Origin: an uncultured Ulvibacter sp.
GTDB lineage: Bacteria > Bacteroidota > Bacteroidia > Flavobacteriales > Flavobacteriaceae
DNA: 64,000 bases
Assembly: GCA_965367015.1 (NCBI GenBank)
Contig: CBDUGY010000002.1
Location: forward strand, 30,432 to 94,431
Direction: 5' to 3'
In this document: one piece after another, positions 19,993-30,093 of the stretch
Layout of the letters: every line of letters begins with the position of its first letter
Position numbering within the stretch: position 1 is the stretch's first letter
The notes under the pieces: generated by a model
What the model saw: the letters and a program-made list of their open reading frames with translations, nothing else
The model's database searches: none
Told to the model about the DNA's origin: nothing
Position numbers and translations under genes: made by a program

Positions 19993-20403
19993 ATGTCCCA
20001 AATATTGAAAAAAAACTTTTCCAAATTCCCGGTTTATACACTTCGAGCTTGTGTAGTCCTCATTTTATCTATTTACACAAGTTGTGACAACAAGAATTCA
20101 CTTCCCGATCCATTGGAAGCTGGTTGGGACAATCAAAAGGTATGCGAAGTAATACAAGACAATGACAAGTTGAGAGTTTTAAAATGTACTTTTCCTCCCG
20201 GAGTCGGGCATGAACGTCATTATCACAAAGCACATTTCGGTTATACTATTACAGGAGGTAAATTTCGAATAACAGATACAACAGGTACGCGGGAAGTCGA
20301 CATTCCTGACGGATACGATTTTTCGAACGACTTTATCGAATGGCACGAAGTACTCAATATTGGAGAAACTACAGCCATATTCCTGATAATAGAACCTCAA
20401 TAA
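19993..20403 (+). CDS. cupin domain protein with N-terminal signal/lipobox
   Basis: 136 aa from the ATG at 19993. Lipobox-like LSIYTSC, then cupin motifs GVGHERHYHKAHFGYTI and EWHEVLNIGE. Confidence 0.6.
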   Translation: MSQILKKNFSKFPVYTLRACVVLILSIYTSCDNKNSLPDPLEAGWDNQKVCEVIQDNDKLRVLKCTFPPGVGHERHYHKAHFGYTITGGKFRITDTTGTREVDIPDGYDFSNDFIEWHEVLNIGETTAIFLIIEPQ

Positions 20404-20475
20404 GAACTTTCTTGTTACTTGTCGACCAAGTTTTACTGATTTGAAAAGTCGCCAAAGCTACTTTTTTTGTAACTT

Positions 20476-20955
20476 TTGAGTACCAAAAAAAGAGCTATGA
20501 ATATTTCGAAGCGACTGGAGAACGCAATTAATAAACTTTACATTGCGTTTCACAACAACTCCTTACACCCAGAATATTGCCACTCATGCGCTGTTGGGAA
20601 TATTTGCGATAATATCGATTCCTGGCAACATCTAACCAATTATCATGGTTCTCTACAACTAAACTATGTTGGGATAGTCAACGAAAAATTTGGTAGACGA
20701 ATCAACGGCTACTCACCTATGGAACTATTGCAGATTGAAGCGACTTTTTTGAATGCCTGTGGTTACGAACTTCCTCTTAAACGTGGTTCAAAAAGGCCAG
20801 ACAATCCGCAGGATAAAGAATTGCTTTTTAACGGACTCTCGGCGGTGGTGGCACTTCTTTGTAAGTTCGACGGAAGAGAGAATATAATGGATTGTTCAAA
20901 ATTGTTCAATTACATGAATACTTCGTCTAAATTACGATCCATTGAGAATATTTAA
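20476..20955 (+). CDS. hypothetical protein
   Basis: 159 aa (TTG start; an alternative ATG lies at 20497). Has a Cys/His stretch HPEYCHSCAVGNIC. I recognise no family. Confidence 0.4.
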   Translation: MSTKKRAMNISKRLENAINKLYIAFHNNSLHPEYCHSCAVGNICDNIDSWQHLTNYHGSLQLNYVGIVNEKFGRRINGYSPMELLQIEATFLNACGYELPLKRGSKRPDNPQDKELLFNGLSAVVALLCKFDGRENIMDCSKLFNYMNTSSKLRSIENI

Positions 20956-21952
20956 ATATTTCAATACAAATTATCTTTCACCGATCGTATTCGGAAGCCT
21001 TCTGCTTGCAATAGTGTCATCTTGCTCAAATAATAACAGTGAGAAGAAAGTCCAGATAAGTGTCTTATCTAAAACGATTACTCCGGTTACTTCTACGTCA
21101 TTAGTAATTTTAGGAACTATCCAAGATGCCGGATCGCCACACATAGCTTGTGACAAAGATTGTTGCAACAAATTATTCGACAATCCCAATGTACGTCGAA
21201 GAGTGGTTTCACTGGCATTAATAGATGCTGAAAACAATAAAACATATCTTTTTGAAGCTACACCCGACATTGGTACCCAGCTAAAAAAATTAAAACGATT
21301 TGCCGGTTCCGAAACTGAGCTCCCCGATGGTATTTTTGTTACACATGCACATATTGGACATTATTCCGGACTAATGTACTTAGGTAAGGAAGCAACAAAT
21401 GCCTCAGAAATACCTGTATATGCTATGCCCCGCATGAAAGAGTTCCTGGAAAACAACGGACCTTGGAGTCAATTGGTAAATAATAGTAATATTGCTATAT
21501 CACAATTACAGAATAAGAATACTCTTCAGTTAACATCGAATTTGAAAGTGACTCCCTTCATCGTTCCACATCGTGACGAATTTTCAGAAACAGTAGGTTA
21601 CAGAATAGAGGGGCCTAGTAAATCTGTCTTGTTTATTCCAGATATTGATAAATGGTCGGAATGGGAAGAAAATGTTTCCGAAGCAATTAAAAATGTAGAT
21701 TATGCTTTCATTGATGCTACTTTTTACGACGGAAACGAAATAAATACCCGCGATATTTCAGAAATACCTCATCCTTTTATTATAGAAAGTATGGCCTTGT
21801 TCGAATCACTCCCTTCCGTAGAAAAAGAAAAAATTTATTTTATTCATTTTAACCATACTAATCCGGTAATCAACCCGTCGAGCGTTGCCTCAGAAAAAGT
21901 TCTGCAAAACGGGTTTAAGATCGCGAACATTAATGATGTAATTAAATTATAA
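20942..21952 (+). CDS. MBL-fold metallo-hydrolase, PqqB-like, lipoprotein
   Basis: 336 aa with a TTG start overlapping the previous gene by 14 nt, and lipobox LLLAIVSSC. LGTIQDAGSPHIACDKDCC resembles the PqqB N-terminal motif. VTHAHIGHYSG is the MBL His motif. Confidence 0.6.
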   Translation: MRIFKYFNTNYLSPIVFGSLLLAIVSSCSNNNSEKKVQISVLSKTITPVTSTSLVILGTIQDAGSPHIACDKDCCNKLFDNPNVRRRVVSLALIDAENNKTYLFEATPDIGTQLKKLKRFAGSETELPDGIFVTHAHIGHYSGLMYLGKEATNASEIPVYAMPRMKEFLENNGPWSQLVNNSNIAISQLQNKNTLQLTSNLKVTPFIVPHRDEFSETVGYRIEGPSKSVLFIPDIDKWSEWEENVSEAIKNVDYAFIDATFYDGNEINTRDISEIPHPFIIESMALFESLPSVEKEKIYFIHFNHTNPVINPSSVASEKVLQNGFKIANINDVIKL

Positions 21953-21991
21953 GATTCCGACTTAAAAGATTACAACTCTAAAATAGAAACT

Positions 21992-22699
21992 ATGAAACCA
22001 GATTTCTCGAACTTAAAAGCACTTTACATCAATTGTACACTTAAAAAATCTCCACAAATGAGTCATACTCAGGCTTTGATGGATGTTTCCATTAAAATCA
22101 TGAGATCCGAAGGCGTCACCGTAGAGTACCTGAGATGGGCAAATCACGACGTGGCATTTGGTGTTTATCACGACATGACAGAGCATGGCGCAGACACAGA
22201 CGAATGGCCCCAGCTTTGGAAAAAAGTCAAGGACGCAGATATTCTAATAATCGGAACACCAATTTGGTTGGGTGAAAAATCTTCACTGGCTACACAACTT
22301 ATCGAGCGTTTGTATGGTGAGAGTGGAAGGCGAAATGAAAAAGGGCAATATTATTTCTACGGAAAAGTTGGCGGATGTATCATTACCGGTAATGAAGATG
22401 GAATAAAACACGTCGCTATGAGTACTCTATACGCCCTTCAACACATAGGATACAGCATTCCGCCTCAGGCAGATTGTGGGTGGATTGGAGAAGCGGGACC
22501 CGGACCAAGTTATAACGATGAGGAAAGTGGGGCAAAAAATAATGATTTCACTAATCGCAACACTACATTTATGACCTACAATTTGCTACATTTAGCAAAA
22601 ATACTTAAAGATCAAAGCGGTTATCCATCTTACGGAAATTCGAGAGCAGAATGGGACGATGGCACACGCTGGAACTTTGAAAATCCGGAATATCGATAG
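21992..22699 (+). CDS. flavodoxin-like fold NAD(P)H-dependent FMN reductase family protein
   Basis: 235 aa. ALYINCTLKKSP...ADILIIGTPIWLGEKSS is typical of NADPH-dependent FMN reductase/flavodoxin-like proteins. Confidence 0.65.
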   Translation: MKPDFSNLKALYINCTLKKSPQMSHTQALMDVSIKIMRSEGVTVEYLRWANHDVAFGVYHDMTEHGADTDEWPQLWKKVKDADILIIGTPIWLGEKSSLATQLIERLYGESGRRNEKGQYYFYGKVGGCIITGNEDGIKHVAMSTLYALQHIGYSIPPQADCGWIGEAGPGPSYNDEESGAKNNDFTNRNTTFMTYNLLHLAKILKDQSGYPSYGNSRAEWDDGTRWNFENPEYR

Positions 22700-22726
22700 T
22701 TTAAATATCAAGTTGAAATTATTTGA

Positions 22727-23503
22727 ATGAAAAAGAAGAAAGACCATTTTGCAAGTTTTGGTGTCGCCACAAAAGGTATTTTATATTTATTAATAGGAAT
22801 ACTTACCGCAATGTCAGCCTTCGGCCTTGGTGGGAGAATGGCCGGTAGTCGGAATGCGATAGAATTTATCTCAGAACAAATTTTCGGAAAAATTCTACTT
22901 ATTGGAATTTGTATCGGTCTTAGCGGATACGTATTTTGGCGCCTCTATCAAATTTTTCAATCGGATGAATCCTCAACGAAAAAGGCAAAAAAGATTGTAA
23001 AAAAAGTTGCCTATTTTTTTAGTGCATTGTTTTACTCTTTTCTCATCTATATTGCTGTGAGCATCCTAACCGGAGCCATGGACGATAGCAAGACCGGAAG
23101 TGATTTATTTGCTACAATATTTACTTCGGAAGCCGGGCAAGTGATTGCCATTATAGTTGGTATTGTTCTTTTAGGAAAAGGATTGTATGAATTCTATCAC
23201 GCATATAAGGGAAAATTCAAGGAGGAAGTAGAAGCTTCCGAATTACCTAACATATCCAAAAAATGGCTCATACGAGCTGGAAATATAGGTATCATTTCGA
23301 GAGGGGTGGTAAGTTGTATTATGGCTTACCTATTCTTAAAAGCCTCTTTTACCGGCCAAATTGAGCAGATAGGCAAAAAAGATGCGTTTACCTATATACA
23401 GGATGAGTTTGGACTGTTCCTATTGGGGGCAATAGCGCTCGGTTTGGCACTATATGGAGTCTTTATGATTATTCGTTCGCTGTATGGAAAGAATTTTGTT
23501 TAG
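22727..23503 (+). CDS. DUF1206-like integral membrane protein
   Basis: 258 aa with three repeated pairs of TM helices (KGILYLLIGILT..., KVAYFFSALFYS..., RAGNIGIISRGVV...), as in DUF1206. Confidence 0.55.
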   Translation: MKKKKDHFASFGVATKGILYLLIGILTAMSAFGLGGRMAGSRNAIEFISEQIFGKILLIGICIGLSGYVFWRLYQIFQSDESSTKKAKKIVKKVAYFFSALFYSFLIYIAVSILTGAMDDSKTGSDLFATIFTSEAGQVIAIIVGIVLLGKGLYEFYHAYKGKFKEEVEASELPNISKKWLIRAGNIGIISRGVVSCIMAYLFLKASFTGQIEQIGKKDAFTYIQDEFGLFLLGAIALGLALYGVFMIIRSLYGKNFV

Positions 23504-23797
23504 CTAAAATTTACTGTGTGTTAGTACCGTTGATGACATTACGGAAAGCATTAATCTTTAAAGTATTGCCAACATTAAGTTGAGAAAAATTTCTCTCTCT
23601 AAGTCCTGAGGGTATTTCTCAGAATTAAATCTTACCGTTGTGCTAACCACCACAAATAATAATAAACGAATTACACATGATTATTCAGATGAATTATTGA
23701 AAAAATAAATAATTTCTGCTCTGCGAAAAAACAAATATATATCACCACATCTTAAATAGCTTTCACTGTTTTTTTAGTAGTTTAGTAAAAAAACAGA

Positions 23798-24763
23798 ATG
23801 AACGGTATCTTTCAATTTATAGTTACCCAGGCTACGAAAAATAAATTCAGAAACAAGAAGTTTCCGGTACCCAAAAAACAATTTGACAAAACGTTTAAGG
23901 AGACTTTAGTTGAATTTAAACATTTAATTAGAGAGAGCTCTCTCATACTTGTGGGTGTTGGTTGTGCCTGCATTGGTTTGAGAGGTTTTCTGCTTCCAAA
24001 TGCTTTTATTGATGGAGGTGTTACCGGAATTTCATTAATTCTCACTGAAATTACCGGTCTGTCGCTGGCAATTTTTTTAGTACTTATCAATATTCCATTT
24101 ATTGCACTTGGATATAATACAATAGGAAAGCAATTTGCAATTCGGAGTTTGTTAGCAATTATAATCTTAGCAGTCTCAGTTCACTTCATTGAACTTCCCA
24201 TAATCACAGATGATTCTCTATTAATTGCTGTCTTTGGCGGATTTTTTTTAGGTGCGGGTATCGGACTGTCAATTCGAGGCGGTGCGGTAATTGATGGCAC
24301 AGAAGTATTGGCGATCTATATCAGTAAAAAAGCACATGTAACCATTGGTGACGTAATCTTACTCTTTAATGTCATAATTTTCGGCGTAGCTGCCTATATA
24401 TTCTCTGTCGAGACCGCTTTGTACGCTATGTTAACGTATTTATCAGCATCTAAGACAGTTGATTTTGTGGTATCTGGAATTGAAGAATATGTGGGAGTAA
24501 CTATTATTTCAGATTTCAGTGAAGAAATACGGCTCGCAGTCATCGAAAAAATGGGAAGAGGTTGTACTATTTATAATGGTAAAAGGGGGTTCGGAAAACG
24601 AGGCGACAGATTGAAAGATACAGATATAATTTATACATTAATAACACGTTTGGAGCTGGCTAGGCTTCAAACAGAAGTGGATAAAATCGATAAAAATGCT
24701 TTTGTAATAATGCAAAGTATAAAAGATGCAAAGGGTGGAATGATAAAAAAACGCCCTTTGTAG
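23798..24763 (+). CDS. YitT-family membrane protein (C-terminal DUF2179)
   Basis: 321 aa. Multi-pass N-terminal part (FIDGGVTGISLIL...) and a C-terminal soluble domain (...GCTIYNGKRGFG...I.T.ITRLE...L...V..ID.NAF). Confidence 0.8.
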   Translation: MNGIFQFIVTQATKNKFRNKKFPVPKKQFDKTFKETLVEFKHLIRESSLILVGVGCACIGLRGFLLPNAFIDGGVTGISLILTEITGLSLAIFLVLINIPFIALGYNTIGKQFAIRSLLAIIILAVSVHFIELPIITDDSLLIAVFGGFFLGAGIGLSIRGGAVIDGTEVLAIYISKKAHVTIGDVILLFNVIIFGVAAYIFSVETALYAMLTYLSASKTVDFVVSGIEEYVGVTIISDFSEEIRLAVIEKMGRGCTIYNGKRGFGKRGDRLKDTDIIYTLITRLELARLQTEVDKIDKNAFVIMQSIKDAKGGMIKKRPL

Positions 24764-24841
24764 TAAATTCTTTTGATGACATATTGAAATAGTTACGATG
24801 TTTATTAAATAATTCGTCTCAACATTCTAAAGACATGCATC

Positions 24842-25585
24842 ATGAATACTATTCAAATCATTATTGATAAAATTTTCTCCACAGAAGAAGCTATCGACCC
24901 CAAAAAACTGGAAGCAGAGAATCTTCCAGCCGAGACAATTGAAAAAATTGTACTCTTGCAGCAACTCCAGGTTGACTATGCCAATGCAGAGGCTAAATTA
25001 GCAGGTCACCAAAGAAAATCTGCTGTAGATACCTTCGTCCTTATAGAACGCTTAAAAGAGTCCCTTATAAAGACCCTTGTTGAAAGTAGTAGCGTACAAG
25101 GTATCATAAAATGGATGTTCTCACTTACCTTTTTACTGGGTTTTATATTAATTGGGTTTGCCATCTATTTTGGTTATATCGGAGAGGAATTTTTAGCAAC
25201 TGCCTTCGGAGGTTTCGGAATGCTTAGTATAGTAACCCTATTATTAAAAGATCCACCATTAAAAATGCAGGATAGTAGATCTAATTACGCCCAATTAACA
25301 ATAGGGATGTTGGCCTGGTTAAACGATCTAATTGATAAAAGTGCTATGTCTGTTCAAAATCAAGTAATCAATCAAAAAGTTCAAAATACACAGGGACTTC
25401 GCCTCGAAGATATAAGATCGGTTCATAATGAATGTATCCAGAATTATTTGAACCTATCAAATGCTCAGATTGAAAATACAGTCAAACTCCTACATTTAAT
25501 AGATGATGTGGCAGAACCCGGTAGTAAAAGGAGCATTAATCTGGAGGAAAAGATTATGGCAAAAAAGAATCTGACTTCAGAATGA
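24842..25585 (+). CDS. hypothetical membrane protein
   Basis: 247 aa with two central TM helices flanked by helical Gln/Asn-rich regions. I recognise no family. Confidence 0.45.
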   Translation: MNTIQIIIDKIFSTEEAIDPKKLEAENLPAETIEKIVLLQQLQVDYANAEAKLAGHQRKSAVDTFVLIERLKESLIKTLVESSSVQGIIKWMFSLTFLLGFILIGFAIYFGYIGEEFLATAFGGFGMLSIVTLLLKDPPLKMQDSRSNYAQLTIGMLAWLNDLIDKSAMSVQNQVINQKVQNTQGLRLEDIRSVHNECIQNYLNLSNAQIENTVKLLHLIDDVAEPGSKRSINLEEKIMAKKNLTSE

Positions 25586-25590
25586 TAATA

Positions 25591-26343
25591 TCAGCCTTCG
25601 TTTAAAACAGAAATTACTCGATGAGTATCTTTTGTTTCAAAAAAACGAATAATCTTAATTGTAAATCGAAGTAATCGACTGTTTGAGGTAATTAATTTGG
25701 TCGCCAACTCAGCTATAACATGATCTCTCCTCTTTACCTCATCCAATTTATTAGGCGAAATATGATACTGATTTGCGAATAACCATGCGCCATCTCTAGC
25801 AATATTGATACTAAAGCTTACAACCTTGTCCTCTCTCCCTTTTCCTATTGTCTCGAGCAGATAAAAAAGTGGAGAGACTCTACCAATTCGATCCTGAACT
25901 TCGTTAATCATACTGCCTAATATCTCGTTGATTTTGTTAAAATCATTTTCAAAATCGAATAAACTCCCCTCCTCACCAACAGTTTCAGCTACCGCAATTC
26001 CGAGATCCAAATTAATATGTGCGTTTATCCCTAATAGTAGATGTTGCATGATTAAAAGATTATTTTGTTTTGTAGCGTCAAAGGCTTTTTGCCAACTTTG
26101 AGACGGTTGCCTTCCATCTTGCAATTCTCGATAGGCCAGTATATATCTATTTGCAAACAACACGTCAAGTTTTTCCATACGTTGGTTGTTCTCAAATTCG
26201 TTATTAATAATTCCAAATTTGATGCGCTCGGTCACTTGTTTATACAGCACAGGAAAGAAAGCCATTGATGATCCCTTAATCGATTCAGAGCTTATTATCT
26301 CATTTAGTTGTTCGATGACCTCGTCAATGGTTGTTGCTGTCAT
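25591..26343 (-). CDS. DUF5995-like protein
   Basis: 250 aa. ...FFPVLYKQVTERI...FANRYILAY...LLGINAHINLDLGIAV matches my recollection of DUF5995. Confidence 0.5.
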   Translation of the reverse strand: MTATTIDEVIEQLNEIISSESIKGSSMAFFPVLYKQVTERIKFGIINNEFENNQRMEKLDVLFANRYILAYRELQDGRQPSQSWQKAFDATKQNNLLIMQHLLLGINAHINLDLGIAVAETVGEEGSLFDFENDFNKINEILGSMINEVQDRIGRVSPLFYLLETIGKGREDKVVSFSINIARDGAWLFANQYHISPNKLDEVKRRDHVIAELATKLITSNSRLLRFTIKIIRFFETKDTHRVISVLNEG

Positions 26344-26369
26344 TTATTAAAGAAAATTATATAAAGCTA

Positions 26370-28184
26370 CTATTCCTCCTCTTTCTGTCCATTGGCATAT
26401 TTCCGTTCCAATTCGGCTTGAAACTCTTCCATCACAGGCTTTACGGTGCTTTCAGGAAGATCGGCGATTCTAATATACATTAAACCGTCGACAGCATTAT
26501 TAAATAAGGGATCCACATTAAAAGCAACTACTTTTGCATTCTGCTTGATATATTTTTTAATGAGTACCGGAAGACGAAGACTTCCCGGCTCAACCTCATC
26601 TATTATTTTATCAAATTTATTCAGATCGGCTTCACTTTCGTCAAAAATAAAATCTTTATCTGCATCCTTAAGTTTTACTTTATATTCCTTCTTAGGATTG
26701 ATATACTGAGCTACATATGGATCGTAATAATTGGATTTCATAAATTCAATCATCAAAGACTTAGAAAATTCTGAAAACTTATTACTTATACTCACTCCCC
26801 CTATCAAATAACGATGCTCCGGGTAGCGTAACGTAGTATGAACAATTCCCTTCCAAAGCAAGAATAATGGCATGGGCCGCTGTTGATATTCGTTAATAAT
26901 AAAAGCGCGTCCCATTTCGATGGATTCTTTCATCATAGGATATAGTTCCGGTTCGAAACGAAAGAGATCTTGTAAATAGAAACCATCGATACCATATTGT
27001 GGAAAGATTTTAGAACCCAGACCCATTCTGTACGCTCCGGCAATTTTTCGCGCTTCGTTATCCCATAAAAACATATGGTGATAGTACGAATCGAATTTAT
27101 CGAGATCGGTAGAGTTATTAGTTCCTTCTCCTACTTCTCTAAAAGTAATTTCCCGTAGTCTCCCTATTTCTTGTAAGATATTAGGTACAAATTCGGCTTG
27201 TGCCAGAAAAACTTCGTAATTCTTGCTAATAAGTAAGCGTTTGTCTTTTTCGCGAAGCGCTTCTATTTCTGCTTCCATAGCTTCAATAGATATAGCTCCG
27301 GCGATTTTTTTAGGTGGCTTCGGAAACTTTATCGTTTTCGGAATGGTATCTATTAGTTTTTTCTTCTGAAAAGGATTTGCGAGCATGTATGTCTTCTTCC
27401 GAAGAAATTCGGTAAAATCTGACAAAGATTCGTGTTCTTCCTGATCTTTAATTGGAATCGGATTTCCAATTCTCACCTTGATGATACGTTCCTTTTGCGT
27501 TAGTAATTCAGACGGTAATTTAGCCGTACGCAACGTGGGACTCATCTTAGCGAGCCGATAAAAGAGCTTGCTGTTTTTTGCGTGGAAATATATAGGTACT
27601 ACGGGAACATTAGCTTTTTTCACAATCTTCATCGCACTTTCTTCCCAGGGTCGATCTACAACTAATTTTCCATCGCGATAAGTAGAAACTTCTCCCGCCG
27701 GAAATATTCCTAATGGATGACCATCTTGAAGATGTTGCAATGCAGCTTTTAACCCTTGCAAACTAGATTTTGCGTCTTTTCTGTCCTCAAACGGATTGAC
27801 GGGCATGACAAAGGGCTTTAATGGCTCAATACGATGTAATAAAAAGTTAGCGATAACTTTGAAATCAGGGCGGTGTTCTAGCAATAATTTTAAGAGTAAA
27901 ACTCCGTCAATCCCTCCTAAGGGATGATTAGAAATAGTAATAAATGGTCCCAACTTAGGAATCCTTTTCAGATCCTCCTCCGGAATCTCAAATTTTACTT
28001 CAAACTCATCAAGTAGTGCATTTATAAACTCCAAGTCCTTTAAATGCTTCTTTTTGTCGTAGATTTTATTGAGCGTCGTAATGTTTAAGACTTTCATGAG
28101 TGTCCAGCCAATCGCGGTACCAATAAAGCCAAATTTATCGACGTTAATAGCCTTTGCTACCTCTTTTGCATTAACTAATCCCAT
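26370..28184 (-). CDS. bifunctional aminolipid synthase-like protein (PlsC-type O-acyltransferase fused to OlsB/GNAT-type N-acyltransferase; OlsF-like)
   Basis: 604 aa. The N-terminal half has acyltransferase blocks ISNHPLGGIDG and FPAGEVS. The C-terminal half has the OlsB-like pattern REITFREVGEGT...DLDKFDSYYHHMFLWD...KIAGAYRMG. Confidence 0.65.
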   Translation of the reverse strand: MGLVNAKEVAKAINVDKFGFIGTAIGWTLMKVLNITTLNKIYDKKKHLKDLEFINALLDEFEVKFEIPEEDLKRIPKLGPFITISNHPLGGIDGVLLLKLLLEHRPDFKVIANFLLHRIEPLKPFVMPVNPFEDRKDAKSSLQGLKAALQHLQDGHPLGIFPAGEVSTYRDGKLVVDRPWEESAMKIVKKANVPVVPIYFHAKNSKLFYRLAKMSPTLRTAKLPSELLTQKERIIKVRIGNPIPIKDQEEHESLSDFTEFLRKKTYMLANPFQKKKLIDTIPKTIKFPKPPKKIAGAISIEAMEAEIEALREKDKRLLISKNYEVFLAQAEFVPNILQEIGRLREITFREVGEGTNNSTDLDKFDSYYHHMFLWDNEARKIAGAYRMGLGSKIFPQYGIDGFYLQDLFRFEPELYPMMKESIEMGRAFIINEYQQRPMPLFLLWKGIVHTTLRYPEHRYLIGGVSISNKFSEFSKSLMIEFMKSNYYDPYVAQYINPKKEYKVKLKDADKDFIFDESEADLNKFDKIIDEVEPGSLRLPVLIKKYIKQNAKVVAFNVDPLFNNAVDGLMYIRIADLPESTVKPVMEEFQAELERKYANGQKEEE

Positions 28185-28233
28185 GAAATTTTTTGGTTGT
28201 TGCTAATCACAAATATAGCGAAACCTTTCCAGA

Positions 28234-29490
28234 CTATTCTTTAATAACCAGCTGAACAGTTTCCCGGCTTTCTTGCTTCAGCAGCACTATTTTATCTTTT
28301 ATTAATGCCTTAATCTCTGAAGGGACAGAGTGTCTTATGGTATAAAGTGTAACGCCTTCATTCCAACTTACTCTAAAATTTGATCGCAATTTGGACAACA
28401 GCAGCTCTAAATTATTGTACTTATTATCAATACACACCGAAAAGCTAATTGCAGAATTTTGAATTAGTTCAACCTTCATTTTATATTTATGCAGCAGTTT
28501 AAAAACCTCGCCAATATTATCTTCCATCATAAATGAAAAGTCTAAAGAAGACAGCGAGATGAGCACCTGATTTTTCTTTAATATAAAGCAGGAAATCTGT
28601 GGGTCCAGAGTTACACCTTTACCTACACAAGTTCCCGATTTCGAAGGATTTAAAAATGATTTTACAAAAAGGGGTATTTCCTTTCTCTGAAGCGGTTGTA
28701 AAGTCTTTGGATGTATAACAGAAGCCCCGTAAAACGCCAATTCTATCGCTTCACGATATGATATATGGTTTAGCAGAGTTGTTTTATTAAAATATCTTGG
28801 ATCTGCGTTCAAAATTCCGGGAACATCCTTCCAAATTGTAACACTTTCAGCATTGAGACAGTAACCAAATATTGCAGCAGTATAGTCACTACCTTCTCTC
28901 CCTAAAGTAGTAGTAAAGTTATTGGTGGTTTCTGCACCTAAAAAACCTTGTGTAATTGTAATTGCATTGGAAGCAACATGATTCGTTATTTGTTCCAGAG
29001 TAATTTCCCAATCTACTTTTGCATCTCTGTAATTAGCATCCGTTTTTATACAAGTTCGAACATCTAATTGGTTATTTTTTATCCCTGCTTCAGTGAAGTA
29101 TGCAGATACAATGGCAGTTGACAAAAGTTCTCCATGACTTACGACTTGATCATACACGAAGGCGTGATTTTTCGATTTTGTCGTTTTAATAAATCTCTTT
29201 AGATCCTTGAAAATAGTATTTACTTCGGAATAAACTGAGTGTGAATTTTCAGCAAATAGATTTTTCAGAATATTGTTGTGATAGTCATAAACTTCACTTA
29301 AAGCACTTTCAATATCTGAAGGGTCAGAGAAATATCCGGAAACCACTTCTTCTAAAGCATTAGTCATCTTACCCATGGCCGATATAACAACAACCAACTT
29401 ACTCTCCTGCGTGGTTTTAATTACCGAAGCGACATTGCGTATTCCTTCTGCATCTTTAATCGATGCGCCCCCAAATTTAAAAATTTTCAT
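28234..29490 (-). CDS. aspartate kinase
   Basis: 418 aa. MKIFKFGGASI start, amino-acid kinase core (...GREGSDYTAA...) and C-terminal ACT-like repeats. Confidence 0.85.
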   Translation of the reverse strand: MKIFKFGGASIKDAEGIRNVASVIKTTQESKLVVVISAMGKMTNALEEVVSGYFSDPSDIESALSEVYDYHNNILKNLFAENSHSVYSEVNTIFKDLKRFIKTTKSKNHAFVYDQVVSHGELLSTAIVSAYFTEAGIKNNQLDVRTCIKTDANYRDAKVDWEITLEQITNHVASNAITITQGFLGAETTNNFTTTLGREGSDYTAAIFGYCLNAESVTIWKDVPGILNADPRYFNKTTLLNHISYREAIELAFYGASVIHPKTLQPLQRKEIPLFVKSFLNPSKSGTCVGKGVTLDPQISCFILKKNQVLISLSSLDFSFMMEDNIGEVFKLLHKYKMKVELIQNSAISFSVCIDNKYNNLELLLSKLRSNFRVSWNEGVTLYTIRHSVPSEIKALIKDKIVLLKQESRETVQLVIKE

Positions 29491-29530
29491 AGTTCGTTCT
29501 TACTAAGGTAAAAAGAATTGAATGGTTAAT

Positions 29531-30013
29531 TTATTTTTTTCCTTTTACAAAATCTGTTAACTCTTTTTCTCCCATATGTACCACATGCCAATCACGTAAA
29601 ACCTTGGCACCACTGCGTTCATAAAATCGTATAGCTCCTTCATTCCAGCCTAAGACTTCCCACTGCACTCTTTTTACCCCCTGGTCGTATCCATATTTCA
29701 ATACAGTCTCGTAGAGTGCTTCACCTACACCTTTACCCCGCATATTTTGTTTCACCACTAAATCTTCCAGATGAACGACTCGGCCTTTCCAAGTAGAAAA
29801 TCTAAAATAAACAAGCGCCATCCCAACAATTTCATTTTCCACTTCAGCAACCCAGCATTTAAATGAAGGGTCACTTCCAAACCCGGACTCTTGTAAGTCT
29901 TCTACCGTTACCTCAACAGCATCCGGTTCCTTTTCAAAAATTGCAAGTTCTCGAATTAGCCCAAGCACTTCAGACATATCTTCTTTGATTGCCAATCTGA
30001 CAGTAATTTCCAT
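29531..30013 (-). CDS. GNAT family N-acetyltransferase
   Basis: 160 aa. The acetyl-CoA site is VKQNMRGKGVGEALY, and the ending AIRFYERSGA is typical of GNATs. Confidence 0.75.
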   Translation of the reverse strand: MEITVRLAIKEDMSEVLGLIRELAIFEKEPDAVEVTVEDLQESGFGSDPSFKCWVAEVENEIVGMALVYFRFSTWKGRVVHLEDLVVKQNMRGKGVGEALYETVLKYGYDQGVKRVQWEVLGWNEGAIRFYERSGAKVLRDWHVVHMGEKELTDFVKGKK

Positions 30014-30093
30014 AAAAGCGGTTTTGCTTCACAAATATCGTTTCATTTTCTTAAAAAACCCGATATTTGTCTCAAATTCACGAAAACAAGGCA

